Source of the DNA: a virus
Taxonomy: Duplodnaviria; Heunggongvirae; Uroviricota; Caudoviricetes
Length of the DNA stretch: 64,000 bases
Reading direction: 5' to 3' (one strand)
Virus record (IMG/VR): IMGVR_UViG_2541047959_000009
A program made the position numbers and the translations under genes. The notes under the pieces were generated by a model, which saw only the letters and a list, made by a program, of their open reading frames with translations, did no database searches and was not told the DNA's origin. Positions 1 through 10,115 of the stretch are shown here, in pieces (position 1 is the stretch's first letter; every line of letters starts with the position of its first letter).

Positions 1-2
1 AA

Positions 3-18
3 ACCTGCCGTAGCAGGT
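3..18 (-). terminator. putative hairpin downstream of ogr (truncated by window edge)
   Basis: 6-bp stem ACCTGC/GCAGGT with 4-nt loop 9 nt after ogr stop; U-run not visible. Confidence 0.25.
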
Positions 19-26
19 TCTCTTTC

Positions 27-245
27 TCAAAAATTCATATGCCCCTGACCACCTGGCAATGGATGTGGAGGAGCAGTAGCAATCAGTGCGGGTGTCACAA
101 TAAACCGGACCACTGTTTCATGGGTAACAAAAGTGCTCCCGCAGTTAATATTTTGGCACTGGCAGTAACGCTCTTTGGTGCTTTCAGTTACTTGAAAACT
201 GCTCCTTGTGTGTGCCGCATGACCACACTTTGGACAATTCATCAT
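27..245 (-). CDS. ogr: late gene transcriptional activator Ogr (zinc-finger)
   Basis: ORF 27-290; CPKCGH...CQCQNINC C4 zinc-finger motif and overall P2 Ogr-like sequence; start set at internal Met giving 72 aa. Confidence 0.85.
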   Translation of the reverse strand: MMNCPKCGHAAHTRSSFQVTESTKERYCQCQNINCGSTFVTHETVVRFIVTPALIATAPPHPLPGGQGHMNF

Positions 246-313
246 ATCCAGATCCCTACCTTTGCTATCAGAATCATTGTAATGATACACAAAATATCAA
301 TATTGAGAACACT

Positions 314-1414
314 TTATTCCATTTCAAGATCATCAATCTTCACTTCGAGTTCAATACTGGTCGTAAAACCATTATCCGGGCTGACGGTATGAGTCAGAGT
401 CGTAATGGTCCATTCCGCATCATCTATCGGTTGTTTAAAGCCACTAACTTTCACTGGCATTTCCGTGTAAAGATCTGCCCGCCCTTCCGCCAGTTGTAGC
501 GAGAATGACGCAACGCCGCGTTGCAGGCGTTCCCACTGCATTTTCGCTGCCCGTTCAGCGTTGCTCCGGTTGGCATAAGTGCGATTAAGTACCAGCACGT
601 TTTCATCCGTACCCACCAGGTAATCGCCCTGCTTCGCTTCCGGCTCTTTCTTCTGCTTCTTAGTTCTGCGCTTACGCTTCACCGTGGTGCTTTCTTTCTT
701 CGCAGGTTCGCGGGTATGCAACCAGCTGGCAATTACGCCCGTGTAGGCTCCGCGATCTGCCAGGGTAAATCGGTGACTGTCGCCGTCCTTGCGTGTGATA
801 GTGATCACTGGCAGAGGTTTACCAGTGGCGCTTTTGCCCTGCCCCTGCCGGATGAATAACAGATTGCCATTTTTCACCGACGCGATGGCACCGTACTGTC
901 GCGCCAGCCGCATCAGAAAACTGCCGTCACTCTCATTAGTCTGGTCTATATGCTCCACGGGCTTATCCGACAGGTCTTTACCCAGTGCCATCTTCAGCTT
1001 GTGCCGCGCGGCTATTTCCTTCACCACTTCCCCGACGGTGGTCTTATGCCACGATTTTTCACGGCGGGTATTCAGCGTTTCCCGAAAATCAGCACTTCGC
1101 GCCCGGATAGTCAGGCGGTCCGGTGCGCCAGTGTGTTCAATCTCGTCCACTGTGAATGCCCCTTTCGGGAAAAGCGGCTGCCCCTTCCAGCCCAGCGCCA
1201 GCGTAATAACCGCACCACGGCGCGGCAGCACGATTTTTCCGTCAGCGTCATCCAGCTCCAGATCAAGCTGGTCCGCTTCAAAGCCCCGGTTATCCGTCAG
1301 CGTCAAACTCATCAGGCGGTTATCCAGCACAGTGGTGATATCCCTGCCCTCAATACTGATGCTGAATGCGGGAGTTTTGTTGCCTTTGTTAAGCAGTTCA
1401 GAGCTGAAATTCAC
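314..1414 (-). CDS. D: tail protein D (late control gene D)
   Basis: 366-aa ORF, P2 gpD-like, position between ogr and U. Confidence 0.85.
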   Translation of the reverse strand: MNFSSELLNKGNKTPAFSISIEGRDITTVLDNRLMSLTLTDNRGFEADQLDLELDDADGKIVLPRRGAVITLALGWKGQPLFPKGAFTVDEIEHTGAPDRLTIRARSADFRETLNTRREKSWHKTTVGEVVKEIAARHKLKMALGKDLSDKPVEHIDQTNESDGSFLMRLARQYGAIASVKNGNLLFIRQGQGKSATGKPLPVITITRKDGDSHRFTLADRGAYTGVIASWLHTREPAKKESTTVKRKRRTKKQKKEPEAKQGDYLVGTDENVLVLNRTYANRSNAERAAKMQWERLQRGVASFSLQLAEGRADLYTEMPVKVSGFKQPIDDAEWTITTLTHTVSPDNGFTTSIELEVKIDDLEME

Positions 1415-1896
1415 GACAGCAGCCCTCCCACCGTTTTACTGATATCGCTTAAGGCAGACGTTGCCGTGTCCTGCAGATTATTCAGTTGCGCACTGAGATC
1501 ACCGAACATATCGGACAGGGATTCATCCACTCGTTTGAGCGACAGGGTGAACTCAATCCGGCGCGGCATACCGTCGCGGAAAAACTCCGTTTTAGTCTGA
1601 TTCAGTCCCTCAATCACATACATGCCGTAAATCGTGCCGCTGCCTTCAATCAGGGGCCATGCTTTCCCCTGTTCTGCCATCTGCTCCAGTGCCAGCAACG
1701 ACAGCCTGCCGCCTGTTATTTCCGGCATAAGAACACCGGAAAGCGTCAGCATGTCGTTTTCCGGTCCCAGAAACTGCGTGGACGGACGTCGGTTTACCCG
1801 ACTGTTTGCCGCATGTCGCCAGCTGCGTTGATACTGCAGTTCCTGATACGGAACGGTGCGCAGCATAAACACGTACAATCCCAGCACCATCATCAT
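1411..1896 (-). CDS. U: tail protein U
   Basis: 161-aa ORF, 4-nt overlap with D, P2 synteny. Confidence 0.85.
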   Translation of the reverse strand: MMMVLGLYVFMLRTVPYQELQYQRSWRHAANSRVNRRPSTQFLGPENDMLTLSGVLMPEITGGRLSLLALEQMAEQGKAWPLIEGSGTIYGMYVIEGLNQTKTEFFRDGMPRRIEFTLSLKRVDESLSDMFGDLSAQLNNLQDTATSALSDISKTVGGLLS

Positions 1897-4800
1897 GCGT
1901 CGTATCCCCCCTGATCGCTGTAGTTACTCCTGGCTTTTGCCTTCAGCCTGCGTTCACGTTCATCAAGCTGGCGTGCCACCTCCCGCGCAATATCCTGCGC
2001 ACTTTGTCCTGGCTGCGTCTGAATGATGATCTGCGTCGGTGCCTCAATCCGTTGAACGAGTGGCACAGTGGCTGCGCGACTCACAATTGCTTCTCCACCT
2101 TTCGCGGGAAGTGCCAAGGGGTGCAACGGTGGAAGCTCTGCTGGCGCGGCAGCAACGCCCATCATTCCGGCAACAACGGCAGCCAGTGCAGCTGTATTTC
2201 TCCGGCTGGTCACATTTGCCGGGCCGTTAACAATTTCCGGCCCGTTTTCACCGACGATGCCAAACTGCCCGCGCGGGATATACCCGCCGCTGTCATACAT
2301 CCCCGCAAAGCCATATCCCCATGATGGAAAACCACCCGATGGCATCATCACTTTACCGTCTGCATTCACCGTCGCAGGTTGCTGACGCGTCACGCTTTCC
2401 GGCAGTTTTGCCTTTGCGGCCTCTTTACTGACAATGCCGAGCTTCTCCAGCAACCAGGAAACGCCGGATTTCAGGGAGTCCAGCGGATGCATGACCATAT
2501 TCAGCCCTTCCGCCAGTGCCTCCCCGAATCGCCGCCCCATTGCCGCTGCGCTCTGCAGTTCGGCAGAGGTCGACTTAACGGGCGTCAGTAGATCAGTAAA
2601 CCAGCCCCACAGCGCCTGCACTTTGTCGCCAATCCACTGGAACACGGGCTTAAGCGGTTCGAACGCTGCACTGATGGGACCTGCCGCCGCTTTGAATCCT
2701 TCCACCACGCCACCGAGAAATGCGGTGATAGGTTGCCAGTATTTCCAGACAACCAGCGCCACGCCCGCCAGTGCAGTAACCACAAGACCTATCGGACTGA
2801 GCAGAGCACCTAACAGACCAGATATGGCATACAGGGCAACGCGCAGCATCGCCAGTGGACCAGATGCCAGTACTCGCAGCACCGTGCCTGCGGCGGCCAG
2901 TCCACCGCGCAGTACCGCCAGAGGATTCATAAACATCACAGCAACAGCACGTAAACCGGATAATCCAGACCGCAAAAGTGCAACCGGCGCACCTGCTACA
3001 GTTTTCAGGACATTTCCCGTCAGTGATGCCGTGCGGCGCAAAGACGACAACGGCGCAGTAAGTAAACCTGCGGCGTTGCCCGATGAAGCAAGCCCGCGTC
3101 GCAGCAGTGCCAGTGGTGCGCCAGCCAGCCAGGACAACGCGCTGCTGGTTCGAGTTACTGCTGCCGTAACGGAAGATAACGTTTTGATACCCAACACAGA
3201 GAATCCCAGACGGATCACTGCCAGCGGCCCCAGCACTGCAGCCAGCGCCACCGCTAAGGTGCCGAGGCCGACGGTAACCGCAGCCACAACAGCCGATGCT
3301 TTCATCAGTGTGCCTGTCAGTTCCGGGTTAGCTTCCACCCAGCGACGCAACGCCCCCGTGACGCTTTTCACCGTGTACAGAATATCCATCAGCGGCTGGC
3401 GCAGCGTTTCGCCCAGGCTGCTGAAGGTGTTCTGCGCTCCGGTTTTGACCAGCAACCACTGCGCAGAAAGTGAATCCTTGTTAATGTCGGATTCTTTCTG
3501 CATGGAGCCAAGCGCATCATTGCCCGCTGTCAGTTTTAACTGACGCTGCAGTTCCGGCAGGTTGTTTGCCAGTTTCGCCGCGTCATCGCCAAACTCTTTA
3601 CCAAACAACATAGTCATGGCAGACAGGCGCTTGTCCTGCGGCAGCGCGTTTACCTTCTCCAGCACGCGCTGGATGGTTCCCATCGCATCCTTCGTCATCT
3701 GCTTTTCAATCACTTCAGGATTGAGTTTCAGCAGATTCATCCCTTCAAAGAAACTCTTGCTTTGCATGGTGGCAATGGACAATTCACGCACCATCGCGTT
3801 TGCTGCACTGGCTGCAACCTCTGGCGCAGCGCCCAGTGTCAGGAAGGTGGAACCCAGCGCCGCCGCTTTACGATAATCCAGACGGTCAGCCACACCGCCC
3901 AGACGTTGCATCACATCAATGATGTCTGCCCCTTTCGACATGGCGTTATCATCCAGATAGTTCAGCGCATCACCGAGCTGTTCAATATTGCGGGTGGGGA
4001 TTTTGTAGAGCTGGGCGATTTTCCCCAGACTTTCTGACAGTTCATCCGCTGGCAGCTCAAAGGCTGTTGCCGCCTTTGCTGCCGTACTGGCGAAGGCCAG
4101 CAGGTCACGTTTCTGATCTTCCCAGCTGTCGTCAGGGTTTGCGACGTTCATGCGCGCACCACCTTCAACCAGTGCAGCGAAGTCCACCGCACCGTTTTCC
4201 ATCGGCAACTGTTCGCTGGCAGCCTTGATGGCATCCTGCATTTCATAAAAACGTGCAGTGCGGTTGCCATTATCGTCACGCAGACCACTGACCTGCTTTG
4301 CCACACCTTTCATGGCATCTTCCATGCTGGTATAGCTTTTTACTGCCGCCATCACTGGCGCACCCATTGCCAGCCCTGCAGCCGTGGTGGTGGCTCCGGC
4401 ACCTGCAATACGATCACGCACCTCCAGCGAACGGGCATAACTGGCACGCGCTGCATTCATCCTGCGCTGAGCTTCCCCCAGTCGCTTCAGCCGCGCCTCC
4501 TGTTTCGAAAGTTCCTGGTTATAACGTGATGTTTCACGGGCTAAACGGGCAGTTGCTCCCGCATCGTCTTTCGCAGAAATTCCCGCCCGGTACAGTTCAG
4601 CACGCACAAGCGCCGTCTGCCGCTGCAGCTTTTTCTGGCGTTCTTCCAGGCGCTGAACAGCCAGCCGTTGACGGCCCAGAGCAACAACCTGACGTTGCGA
4701 AGGCGGCCCCATCGCTCCCAGTTCCTGACTGAGCAAATTTGCACGCTGGCGGGCATAGTTCAGCCTGTCGCCTAATTTCTGATTTTCTGCCTGCAGCTTT

Positions 4801-4970
4801 CGGAAGCTGTCCAGACTGCTCCCGGCCTGATCAAGCTGCTTTATTGCATCGCGGGATTTTTTGACAGCAGCAGCCAGTTCTCTTGAACTGGCCTGCGCAG
4901 ATCGAAATGGGCGGGTGAGCTTGTCAACCGCATTAAGAATGACCTGCAGACGCAGGTTGTTATCACTCAT
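1893..4970 (-). CDS. T: tail tape measure protein
   Basis: 1025-aa ORF, coiled-coil rich N-terminus and Gly/Ala-rich hydrophobic repeats, downstream of E/E'. Confidence 0.9.
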   Translation of the reverse strand: MSDNNLRLQVILNAVDKLTRPFRSAQASSRELAAAVKKSRDAIKQLDQAGSSLDSFRKLQAENQKLGDRLNYARQRANLLSQELGAMGPPSQRQVVALGRQRLAVQRLEERQKKLQRQTALVRAELYRAGISAKDDAGATARLARETSRYNQELSKQEARLKRLGEAQRRMNAARASYARSLEVRDRIAGAGATTTAAGLAMGAPVMAAVKSYTSMEDAMKGVAKQVSGLRDDNGNRTARFYEMQDAIKAASEQLPMENGAVDFAALVEGGARMNVANPDDSWEDQKRDLLAFASTAAKAATAFELPADELSESLGKIAQLYKIPTRNIEQLGDALNYLDDNAMSKGADIIDVMQRLGGVADRLDYRKAAALGSTFLTLGAAPEVAASAANAMVRELSIATMQSKSFFEGMNLLKLNPEVIEKQMTKDAMGTIQRVLEKVNALPQDKRLSAMTMLFGKEFGDDAAKLANNLPELQRQLKLTAGNDALGSMQKESDINKDSLSAQWLLVKTGAQNTFSSLGETLRQPLMDILYTVKSVTGALRRWVEANPELTGTLMKASAVVAAVTVGLGTLAVALAAVLGPLAVIRLGFSVLGIKTLSSVTAAVTRTSSALSWLAGAPLALLRRGLASSGNAAGLLTAPLSSLRRTASLTGNVLKTVAGAPVALLRSGLSGLRAVAVMFMNPLAVLRGGLAAAGTVLRVLASGPLAMLRVALYAISGLLGALLSPIGLVVTALAGVALVVWKYWQPITAFLGGVVEGFKAAAGPISAAFEPLKPVFQWIGDKVQALWGWFTDLLTPVKSTSAELQSAAAMGRRFGEALAEGLNMVMHPLDSLKSGVSWLLEKLGIVSKEAAKAKLPESVTRQQPATVNADGKVMMPSGGFPSWGYGFAGMYDSGGYIPRGQFGIVGENGPEIVNGPANVTSRRNTAALAAVVAGMMGVAAAPAELPPLHPLALPAKGGEAIVSRAATVPLVQRIEAPTQIIIQTQPGQSAQDIAREVARQLDERERRLKAKARSNYSDQGGYDA

Positions 4971-5399
4971 CGTTGGCCCCGCTTCTCTGAATCGCTTTAT
5001 ACCGCCATTCCAGCACTTCGGTCAGCGGCATAACGTCAGTAACGGATGGCGGCCAGTGAAAAATGGTGGCGATATCTGCCACCAGATCGTCAACCGTCAG
5101 GCTGTCGGTAAACCGGCAAGCACCGACTTCTTCAATAAAAAAGTGACAACCTCAACCGACATGGCAGTGAGATCTGCCGGGTCCATCTCTGCAATTTCCT
5201 GTGCAGTCAGTGCCGGACTGGAGATGCGGGAGATCACGGTCATCATCGCGTTTACATCCATATCCATAATGGCCTGCAGGCGTGTACCGCGCAGCGCACC
5301 GGACTGCGGTTTACGCAGCACAATTTCGGTGATTTCTGTTTTACCGCGCTTGATGGGGGTATCCAGTTGAATGGTCTTTTCAGTCTGCTTATCGCTCAT
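4963..5399 (-). CDS. E+E': tail assembly chaperone E+E' (-1 programmed frameshift product)
   Basis: Slippery heptamer T_TTT_TTA at 5136-5142 (minus strand); -1 frame stays open to a TGA at 4963-4965, overlapping the T start. Confidence 0.6.
5097..5399 (-). CDS. E: tail assembly chaperone E
   Basis: 100-aa ORF ending ...TFLLKKSVLAGLPTA, directly upstream of tape measure gene. Confidence 0.8.
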   Translation of the reverse strand: MSDKQTEKTIQLDTPIKRGKTEITEIVLRKPQSGALRGTRLQAIMDMDVNAMMTVISRISSPALTAQEIAEMDPADLTAMSVEVVTFLLKKSVLAGLPTA

Positions 5400-5453
5400 T
5401 TTGCTGTCCTGTCAATTGGGTTCTGGCGCGGTATCCCGCGCCGTTCAGATATA

Positions 5454-5969
5454 TCAGAGGCCGAGGGCGTTGCGGTGCGCTTCCATCAGGTCCACACCGT
5501 CCACAATTTCCACCATGTTGATAAGGTCCACTTCATAGAGCACCTCACCATTGATGGTCAGCTTCGCGTAGCTGTTGGTACTGGTCACTTTGGTGGTGTT
5601 GCTTTCGCCCGTCTTCCACTCGCCGGAATCCACTTCTTTGTGACGTCCACGCACGACAAGCTCCACGGCCTGCACTTCCCCGGTATCGTCACGCTGAATA
5701 GAGCCGGTAAAGCGCAGCTGGATGCCATCCACCGTGGCTTTACCCATCTGTTTAAACAGCAGCAATTCAGTACCACCAATGGAAAATTCTGTGTCCAGCG
5801 CACTGTCATCAAGCCCCAGATCCACATCCACCGCACCCGGCATTCCGCCGCCGCGATACTTCTCATATTTGCGGGTAAATTTCGGCAGCGTCAGCGACTC
5901 AACGATCCCCTGCCAGTTGTTCCCGTCGTTAAACAGGTTCAGGTGTTTTAATTTGCGTGGTAAAGCCAT
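5454..5969 (-). CDS. FII: tail tube protein FII
   Basis: 171-aa ORF, P2 FII-like, synteny. Confidence 0.85.
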   Translation of the reverse strand: MALPRKLKHLNLFNDGNNWQGIVESLTLPKFTRKYEKYRGGGMPGAVDVDLGLDDSALDTEFSIGGTELLLFKQMGKATVDGIQLRFTGSIQRDDTGEVQAVELVVRGRHKEVDSGEWKTGESNTTKVTSTNSYAKLTINGEVLYEVDLINMVEIVDGVDLMEAHRNALGL

Positions 5970-5978
5970 GTTGTCCCC

Positions 5979-7151
5979 TTACGCGCTGACCTGGCTGGCG
6001 AAATTCACCAGGTACTGATCGGTGATGCGCTGACGCAGCATCAGGTTTTCAAGTGGCGGCACTGGCGTGTAGTCGTAGTCGATGGTGAGTTTTCCGGCTT
6101 TCAGCGTGTCTTTGTCGTTCACCGACTCATCCAGCCAGCAATCACCACCAATGAGATAGCCCTGACTGACCAGGCTGCGCATTTTGGCGCGGATACCTTC
6201 GATAATGTCGCGGGCCAGCGACGGGTTAAGCGGTTTATCCACCGCCCACATGTGTGCTTCTGCCATCGTGTCCATCAGCACCTGCGCCGTGCGGGTGTAG
6301 TTTTCGAAGGCAAAGAGCGGGTCATCACTCAGGCAGCGGGAACCCCAGAAGCGGAAACCGTCTTTACGCACAAGCGTGGTGACGTCGTTCTGGTTCAGCA
6401 GACCTGCATCGGTTGCCGGGTCCTGCAGATCCCAGAACACATCTGCAGAAATTCCGGTGACACCGTTCACGCCCACGTTGGACAGGCTTTTGTGCCATCC
6501 GGTCTGCTCGTCAATTTTGGCGCGCAGACCAAGCGCACGGGCGGTGGCATATGCCGTTGCTTCGGCATTCAGCACCGTGTCCCAGCCAGTAAAGTCAGGC
6601 CAGATCAGCATCCCTTCGCGCTGGCTGAAGTTTTCACGGTAAGTGATCGCCTCCTGTATCGTCTTGCAGCCATACGCTGACAGGTAAGCAAACCCACGCA
6701 GGCTTTGCGCCACGCTCAGCAACTCAGTAGCTACCGCCTTGGTGTCGTGACCAGGTACACCCAGAATGCGCGGTTTAACGCCGAGCTGTGACTGGGCAGA
6801 TAACAGGGCTTTCATACCTGTTTTTTTACCTTCAGCAGTCACTGCGCCGATGATATTGGTCGTGGTTTCGTCTTCCGTTTCACCCTGCGGCACACGCACA
6901 ACAACGGTCACGGGTTTTGCCTGGTCAGCGATGGCATCCAGCGAACGGGCCAGCGTGCCGGACTCACCCGCTTTACCGCTGGCAGTCAGCACATCAGTGA
7001 TCAGTACGGGTTTATTAAGAGGAAACATTTTTGCATCGGCATCATCGCCCGTGCAGACCATGCCCACGATGGCGGTGCTCACCGTGGTAATGGATCGGGT
7101 GCCTTCGTTGACTTCAACAACGCGCACCCCGTGGTGGTAATCCTGAGCCAT
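5979..7151 (-). CDS. FI: tail sheath protein FI
   Basis: 390-aa ORF, P2 FI-like, synteny. Confidence 0.9.
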   Translation of the reverse strand: MAQDYHHGVRVVEVNEGTRSITTVSTAIVGMVCTGDDADAKMFPLNKPVLITDVLTASGKAGESGTLARSLDAIADQAKPVTVVVRVPQGETEDETTTNIIGAVTAEGKKTGMKALLSAQSQLGVKPRILGVPGHDTKAVATELLSVAQSLRGFAYLSAYGCKTIQEAITYRENFSQREGMLIWPDFTGWDTVLNAEATAYATARALGLRAKIDEQTGWHKSLSNVGVNGVTGISADVFWDLQDPATDAGLLNQNDVTTLVRKDGFRFWGSRCLSDDPLFAFENYTRTAQVLMDTMAEAHMWAVDKPLNPSLARDIIEGIRAKMRSLVSQGYLIGGDCWLDESVNDKDTLKAGKLTIDYDYTPVPPLENLMLRQRITDQYLVNFASQVSA

Positions 7152-7225
7152 AAGGCAGTCTCTCCGGTTGTAGAGGGGGTCTGCCTATGTTCTGGTTGAT
7201 ACACGCAGGGTGCACGCGATGGGTT

Positions 7226-7243
7226 TTGTATGGAAAATGGCAC
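7226..7243 (-). promoter_or_regulatory. Ogr-type activator box (TGT-N12-ACA) of late promoter for FI-FII-E-T-U-D
   Basis: TGTATGGAAAATGGCACA ~80 bp upstream of FI start. Confidence 0.5.
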
Positions 7244-7251
7244 AACGACGG

Positions 7252-7277
7252 GGCGAAAAAATCCCCGCAGGCGCGGG
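7252..7277 (-). terminator. rho-independent terminator after tail fibre assembly gene G
   Basis: Stem CCCCGC/GCGGGG with 4-nt loop followed on minus strand by TTTTTT. Confidence 0.6.
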
Positions 7278-7285
7278 GCAGGAAT

Positions 7286-7888
7286 TTAAATTTCTGGTAG
7301 TTTGGGCCAGTTAATATCAGGGGCTGTGCTGATATCTATTGCTGCTACCACGTCGATATAGTCAAGAACGGAATCGAGCTTTACTGTTTCTTCCGCAGTT
7401 AATTTTCTTCCCGCCTGCAATTTTAGTTGAATCAGAACAATGGAAGACATGGCATCATCAATCAGTGACTGGCGTTGCAGTTCAGCCCCTTCCACTGCTG
7501 CGTTATGTTGCGCTTTGGTATCCGTCACCCATTTCTCACCATCCCACTTATCGTATGGTGTTAACGGAGCAATAGTGGTTGTCTTTTCAGGGTAATCTCC
7601 CGGCACTGTGATTTCTTTTGAGTCCCCCGTTTCGGTGTTATAGACGATTTCACCGCGATGGTCTGGCACATATTCCCATGATCTCAAATCCAGAGTTCGA
7701 CAGGACACATAACCTGACTTATATGAACCAGGAGCATCTAAACACGAATGTGCGGGAATACCGACGCCAACAGCAAGATATTCAGTTGATTCAGAAATAT
7801 ATTCCCGTGTTTCACCATCATAGTTATAAACGGTAATATCCCCTGCCTTTGTAGCAACAAGTCCACTATTTAATATTGCTTTATCCAT
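7286..7888 (-). CDS. G: tail fibre assembly protein
   Basis: 200-aa ORF immediately downstream of H, P2 G-like. Confidence 0.8.
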   Translation of the reverse strand: MDKAILNSGLVATKAGDITVYNYDGETREYISESTEYLAVGVGIPAHSCLDAPGSYKSGYVSCRTLDLRSWEYVPDHRGEIVYNTETGDSKEITVPGDYPEKTTTIAPLTPYDKWDGEKWVTDTKAQHNAAVEGAELQRQSLIDDAMSSIVLIQLKLQAGRKLTAEETVKLDSVLDYIDVVAAIDISTAPDINWPKLPEI

Positions 7889-9513
7889 TATGCTGCTCTC
7901 ACGATATAGTTAAATGCAATATTTCGTGGACGGGTTTCGCTCCCACCTGTGTTACCAATACTCCCTCGTGTATGTAGCGTTGGTGATGGAATCAGAGTCC
8001 CTCCGGCATCGGCAGCATCAAGCCCCCGGCCTTGCGTATATGCTTTTCTGAAGATTGCCGCCAGTTCCCATTCCTCTTTTGAATCATACCCATCGTTGGC
8101 TACAACCATATGGCGGTGTTTTTCCAGCATTCCAGCCTGAAGGCTCAATAAAGCACGCCCAGCATCAATACCACGCCCATCATCCCAGCCACGAATAAAC
8201 TCACCACGTAAATCAGGCAATTTATTTGTCGGATAAACCTTTGCCAGTTTGGGATATTCTTCAGCCGAAAAAGCCGCTCCGTTGCATTTCAGCCAGCCTG
8301 TCGGTGGAGTGGCAGAAGGCCACGGAACAGGGACACCAACAGGTAATGCAGAGCCATCCCCTAAACCAAGATAATCAAGAACGCCCTGTGCGCTGGGCCT
8401 GCTAAGAATGGTACGCCCAACACTTGTCAGTGCAGTTAAGGCAGCTCGATCTTCCCCTGTAAAATAAGGGAGTTTATCTTTTGATGTAGAAAGCCCTGCC
8501 AACGCCGTTAAAGTAGCATCCTTTGGCTGCTTCCCCGCAAGGGAGTTAGTTATTGTCGTGGCAAAGTTCGGATCATTCCCCAGCGCCGCTGCCAGTTCGT
8601 TCAGCGTATCCAGTGCCGCAGGTGCAGAACCCACCATTGCTGCAATTGCCGATTTCACAAAAGCGGTAGTGGCAATCTGTGTATTGTTGACCGACTGCGC
8701 CGCCGTGGGAGCTGTTGGCGTTCCGGTGAGTGCCGGACTCGACAGCGGCGCTTTTTGTGCCAGTGCATTGTTAATGGTGGTACTGAATTTCGGATCATTG
8801 TTAATGGCTGCGGCTATTTCTTTCAGCGTGTCCAGGGTGGCTGGCGCACCATTAATAAGAGCCGTCAGAGCCGCCTGAACAAACGCGGTGGTCGCAATCT
8901 GCGTGGTGTTATTCCCTGCTGCTGGCGTTGGCGCTTTGGGTGTCCCGGTAAACGTCGGACTTTCTTTGGGTGCATACTGTGAATGCGGGTCCGGTGCGGC
9001 AAGATGTTTTGCCATCAGGTCATCCACGTACACCTTCAGCTCCAGTACCTTATCATCCACATACTTGCGGGTTGCCAGCACGACGGCAGGGTCGATTTTC
9101 AGGGTGATATTGTCCGTGCTGCTGGTTATCAGCACCATGCGCACGGTCTGGGTACGTCCGCTGCCTTCAGCCAGTTGCGGCTTATAGCTTTCCGGGCAGT
9201 TTCCCACGGCAATCAATGCCCCGGACTCATCAAACAGGCCCACTTCACGTATCCACCAACCGCCCTCGTTTTCAGGGATCACCTGTTCAGCAATAATCTG
9301 GCTGCTGTTCTGCGGGTCGATATAGAGCATATTCAGCGCAGCCCGGCGTTTCTCATTTACCAATGCTGTCTGCTTGGCGTCCGGCGTTGGCAATGTTCCG
9401 CCGCCATCGCCGACCGCCATATGGGTAATTTTTAAAGGCACACCGAGCGCGGCGGCGCTGGCAAGTTTCGCCGCGCCAATATCCGTCAGCAGGGTATAAA
9501 ATTTTGTGCTCAT
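7888..9513 (-). CDS. H: tail fibre protein
   Basis: 541-aa ORF, conserved P2 H-like N-terminus, Ala/Thr-rich repeats, C-terminal receptor-binding region. Confidence 0.9.
   Translation of the reverse strand: MSTKFYTLLTDIGAAKLASAAALGVPLKITHMAVGDGGGTLPTPDAKQTALVNEKRRAALNMLYIDPQNSSQIIAEQVIPENEGGWWIREVGLFDESGALIAVGNCPESYKPQLAEGSGRTQTVRMVLITSSTDNITLKIDPAVVLATRKYVDDKVLELKVYVDDLMAKHLAAPDPHSQYAPKESPTFTGTPKAPTPAAGNNTTQIATTAFVQAALTALINGAPATLDTLKEIAAAINNDPKFSTTINNALAQKAPLSSPALTGTPTAPTAAQSVNNTQIATTAFVKSAIAAMVGSAPAALDTLNELAAALGNDPNFATTITNSLAGKQPKDATLTALAGLSTSKDKLPYFTGEDRAALTALTSVGRTILSRPSAQGVLDYLGLGDGSALPVGVPVPWPSATPPTGWLKCNGAAFSAEEYPKLAKVYPTNKLPDLRGEFIRGWDDGRGIDAGRALLSLQAGMLEKHRHMVVANDGYDSKEEWELAAIFRKAYTQGRGLDAADAGGTLIPSPTLHTRGSIGNTGGSETRPRNIAFNYIVRAA
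8538..8968 (-). repeat. internal tandem duplication (~216 bp x2) within tail fibre gene H
   Basis: Two consecutive ~72-aa units sharing NNTTQIATTAFV...LDTL...NDP.F.TTI.N.LA.K. Confidence 0.7.
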
Positions 9514-10115
9514 GGATTCACTCTCATTGTGTCAATAACATGGACCGCCCCGCCTTCATGCGCGGTGCCGCCGGAAATAATTGTTTCGTTGATATACGGA
9601 TAGATCGTGATTTCTTCGCCAAGATAGCTGGCGGCTCCCACCCAATGCGGGCCGCTGGTCTGCAGGTTGATGGACATGCCGATCATGTGACGGCTACATG
9701 GTTTGGCATCGCTTATCAGTCGCTCAAGTTCCAGATAGGTATCTTCAGTGATGCCCTGGTCCTGCACGCCGATATCCAGACGAAACGTGCCCGGTGTCTC
9801 TCCGGTCTGCCACCACTCAATAATGCGGATCAGAAAGCCGAACGGCTCCACCACCCGCCGCACGGCACTGGTGGTCCCTTTATGCTGATGAATATAAAAA
9901 GCATCCTTCACCACCTGGCGCTTGACGCTTTCTGTCCAGCCCTCATCCCAGCGATCCACAGAGAACGCCCAGGCGAGATAAGGTAGGAAACTGACCGGAC
10001 AGGTTGCCGGATTCCACAAGTCACGCAGCGGCACCTGCAGATCAGAAATCCCGCTACAGGTCTGCGCCAGTCGGCGCTCCAGTGAAGTTGAACCCGGTGG
10101 CAGCAGACTATTCAT
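9510..10115 (-). CDS. I: baseplate assembly protein I
   Basis: 201-aa ORF, P2 synteny. Confidence 0.8.
   Translation of the reverse strand: MNSLLPPGSTSLERRLAQTCSGISDLQVPLRDLWNPATCPVSFLPYLAWAFSVDRWDEGWTESVKRQVVKDAFYIHQHKGTTSAVRRVVEPFGFLIRIIEWWQTGETPGTFRLDIGVQDQGITEDTYLELERLISDAKPCSRHMIGMSINLQTSGPHWVGAASYLGEEITIYPYINETIISGGTAHEGGAVHVIDTMRVNP

Noticed and set aside
2434-3543. 369-aa plus-strand ORF (and several similar ones, e.g. 950-1600, 20346-21128, 10524-10802) inside large phage genes
   Set aside because: Antisense to well-supported genes (T, D, P, J) with Ser/Ala/Pro/Arg-rich low-complexity translation, typical of shadow ORFs in GC-rich frames.
7152-7285. Possible cargo at the G-FI (Z/fun) locus of the P2-like prophage
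   Set aside because: Only 134 bp here, occupied by a terminator and an Ogr-box late promoter; no ORF, so this locus is empty.
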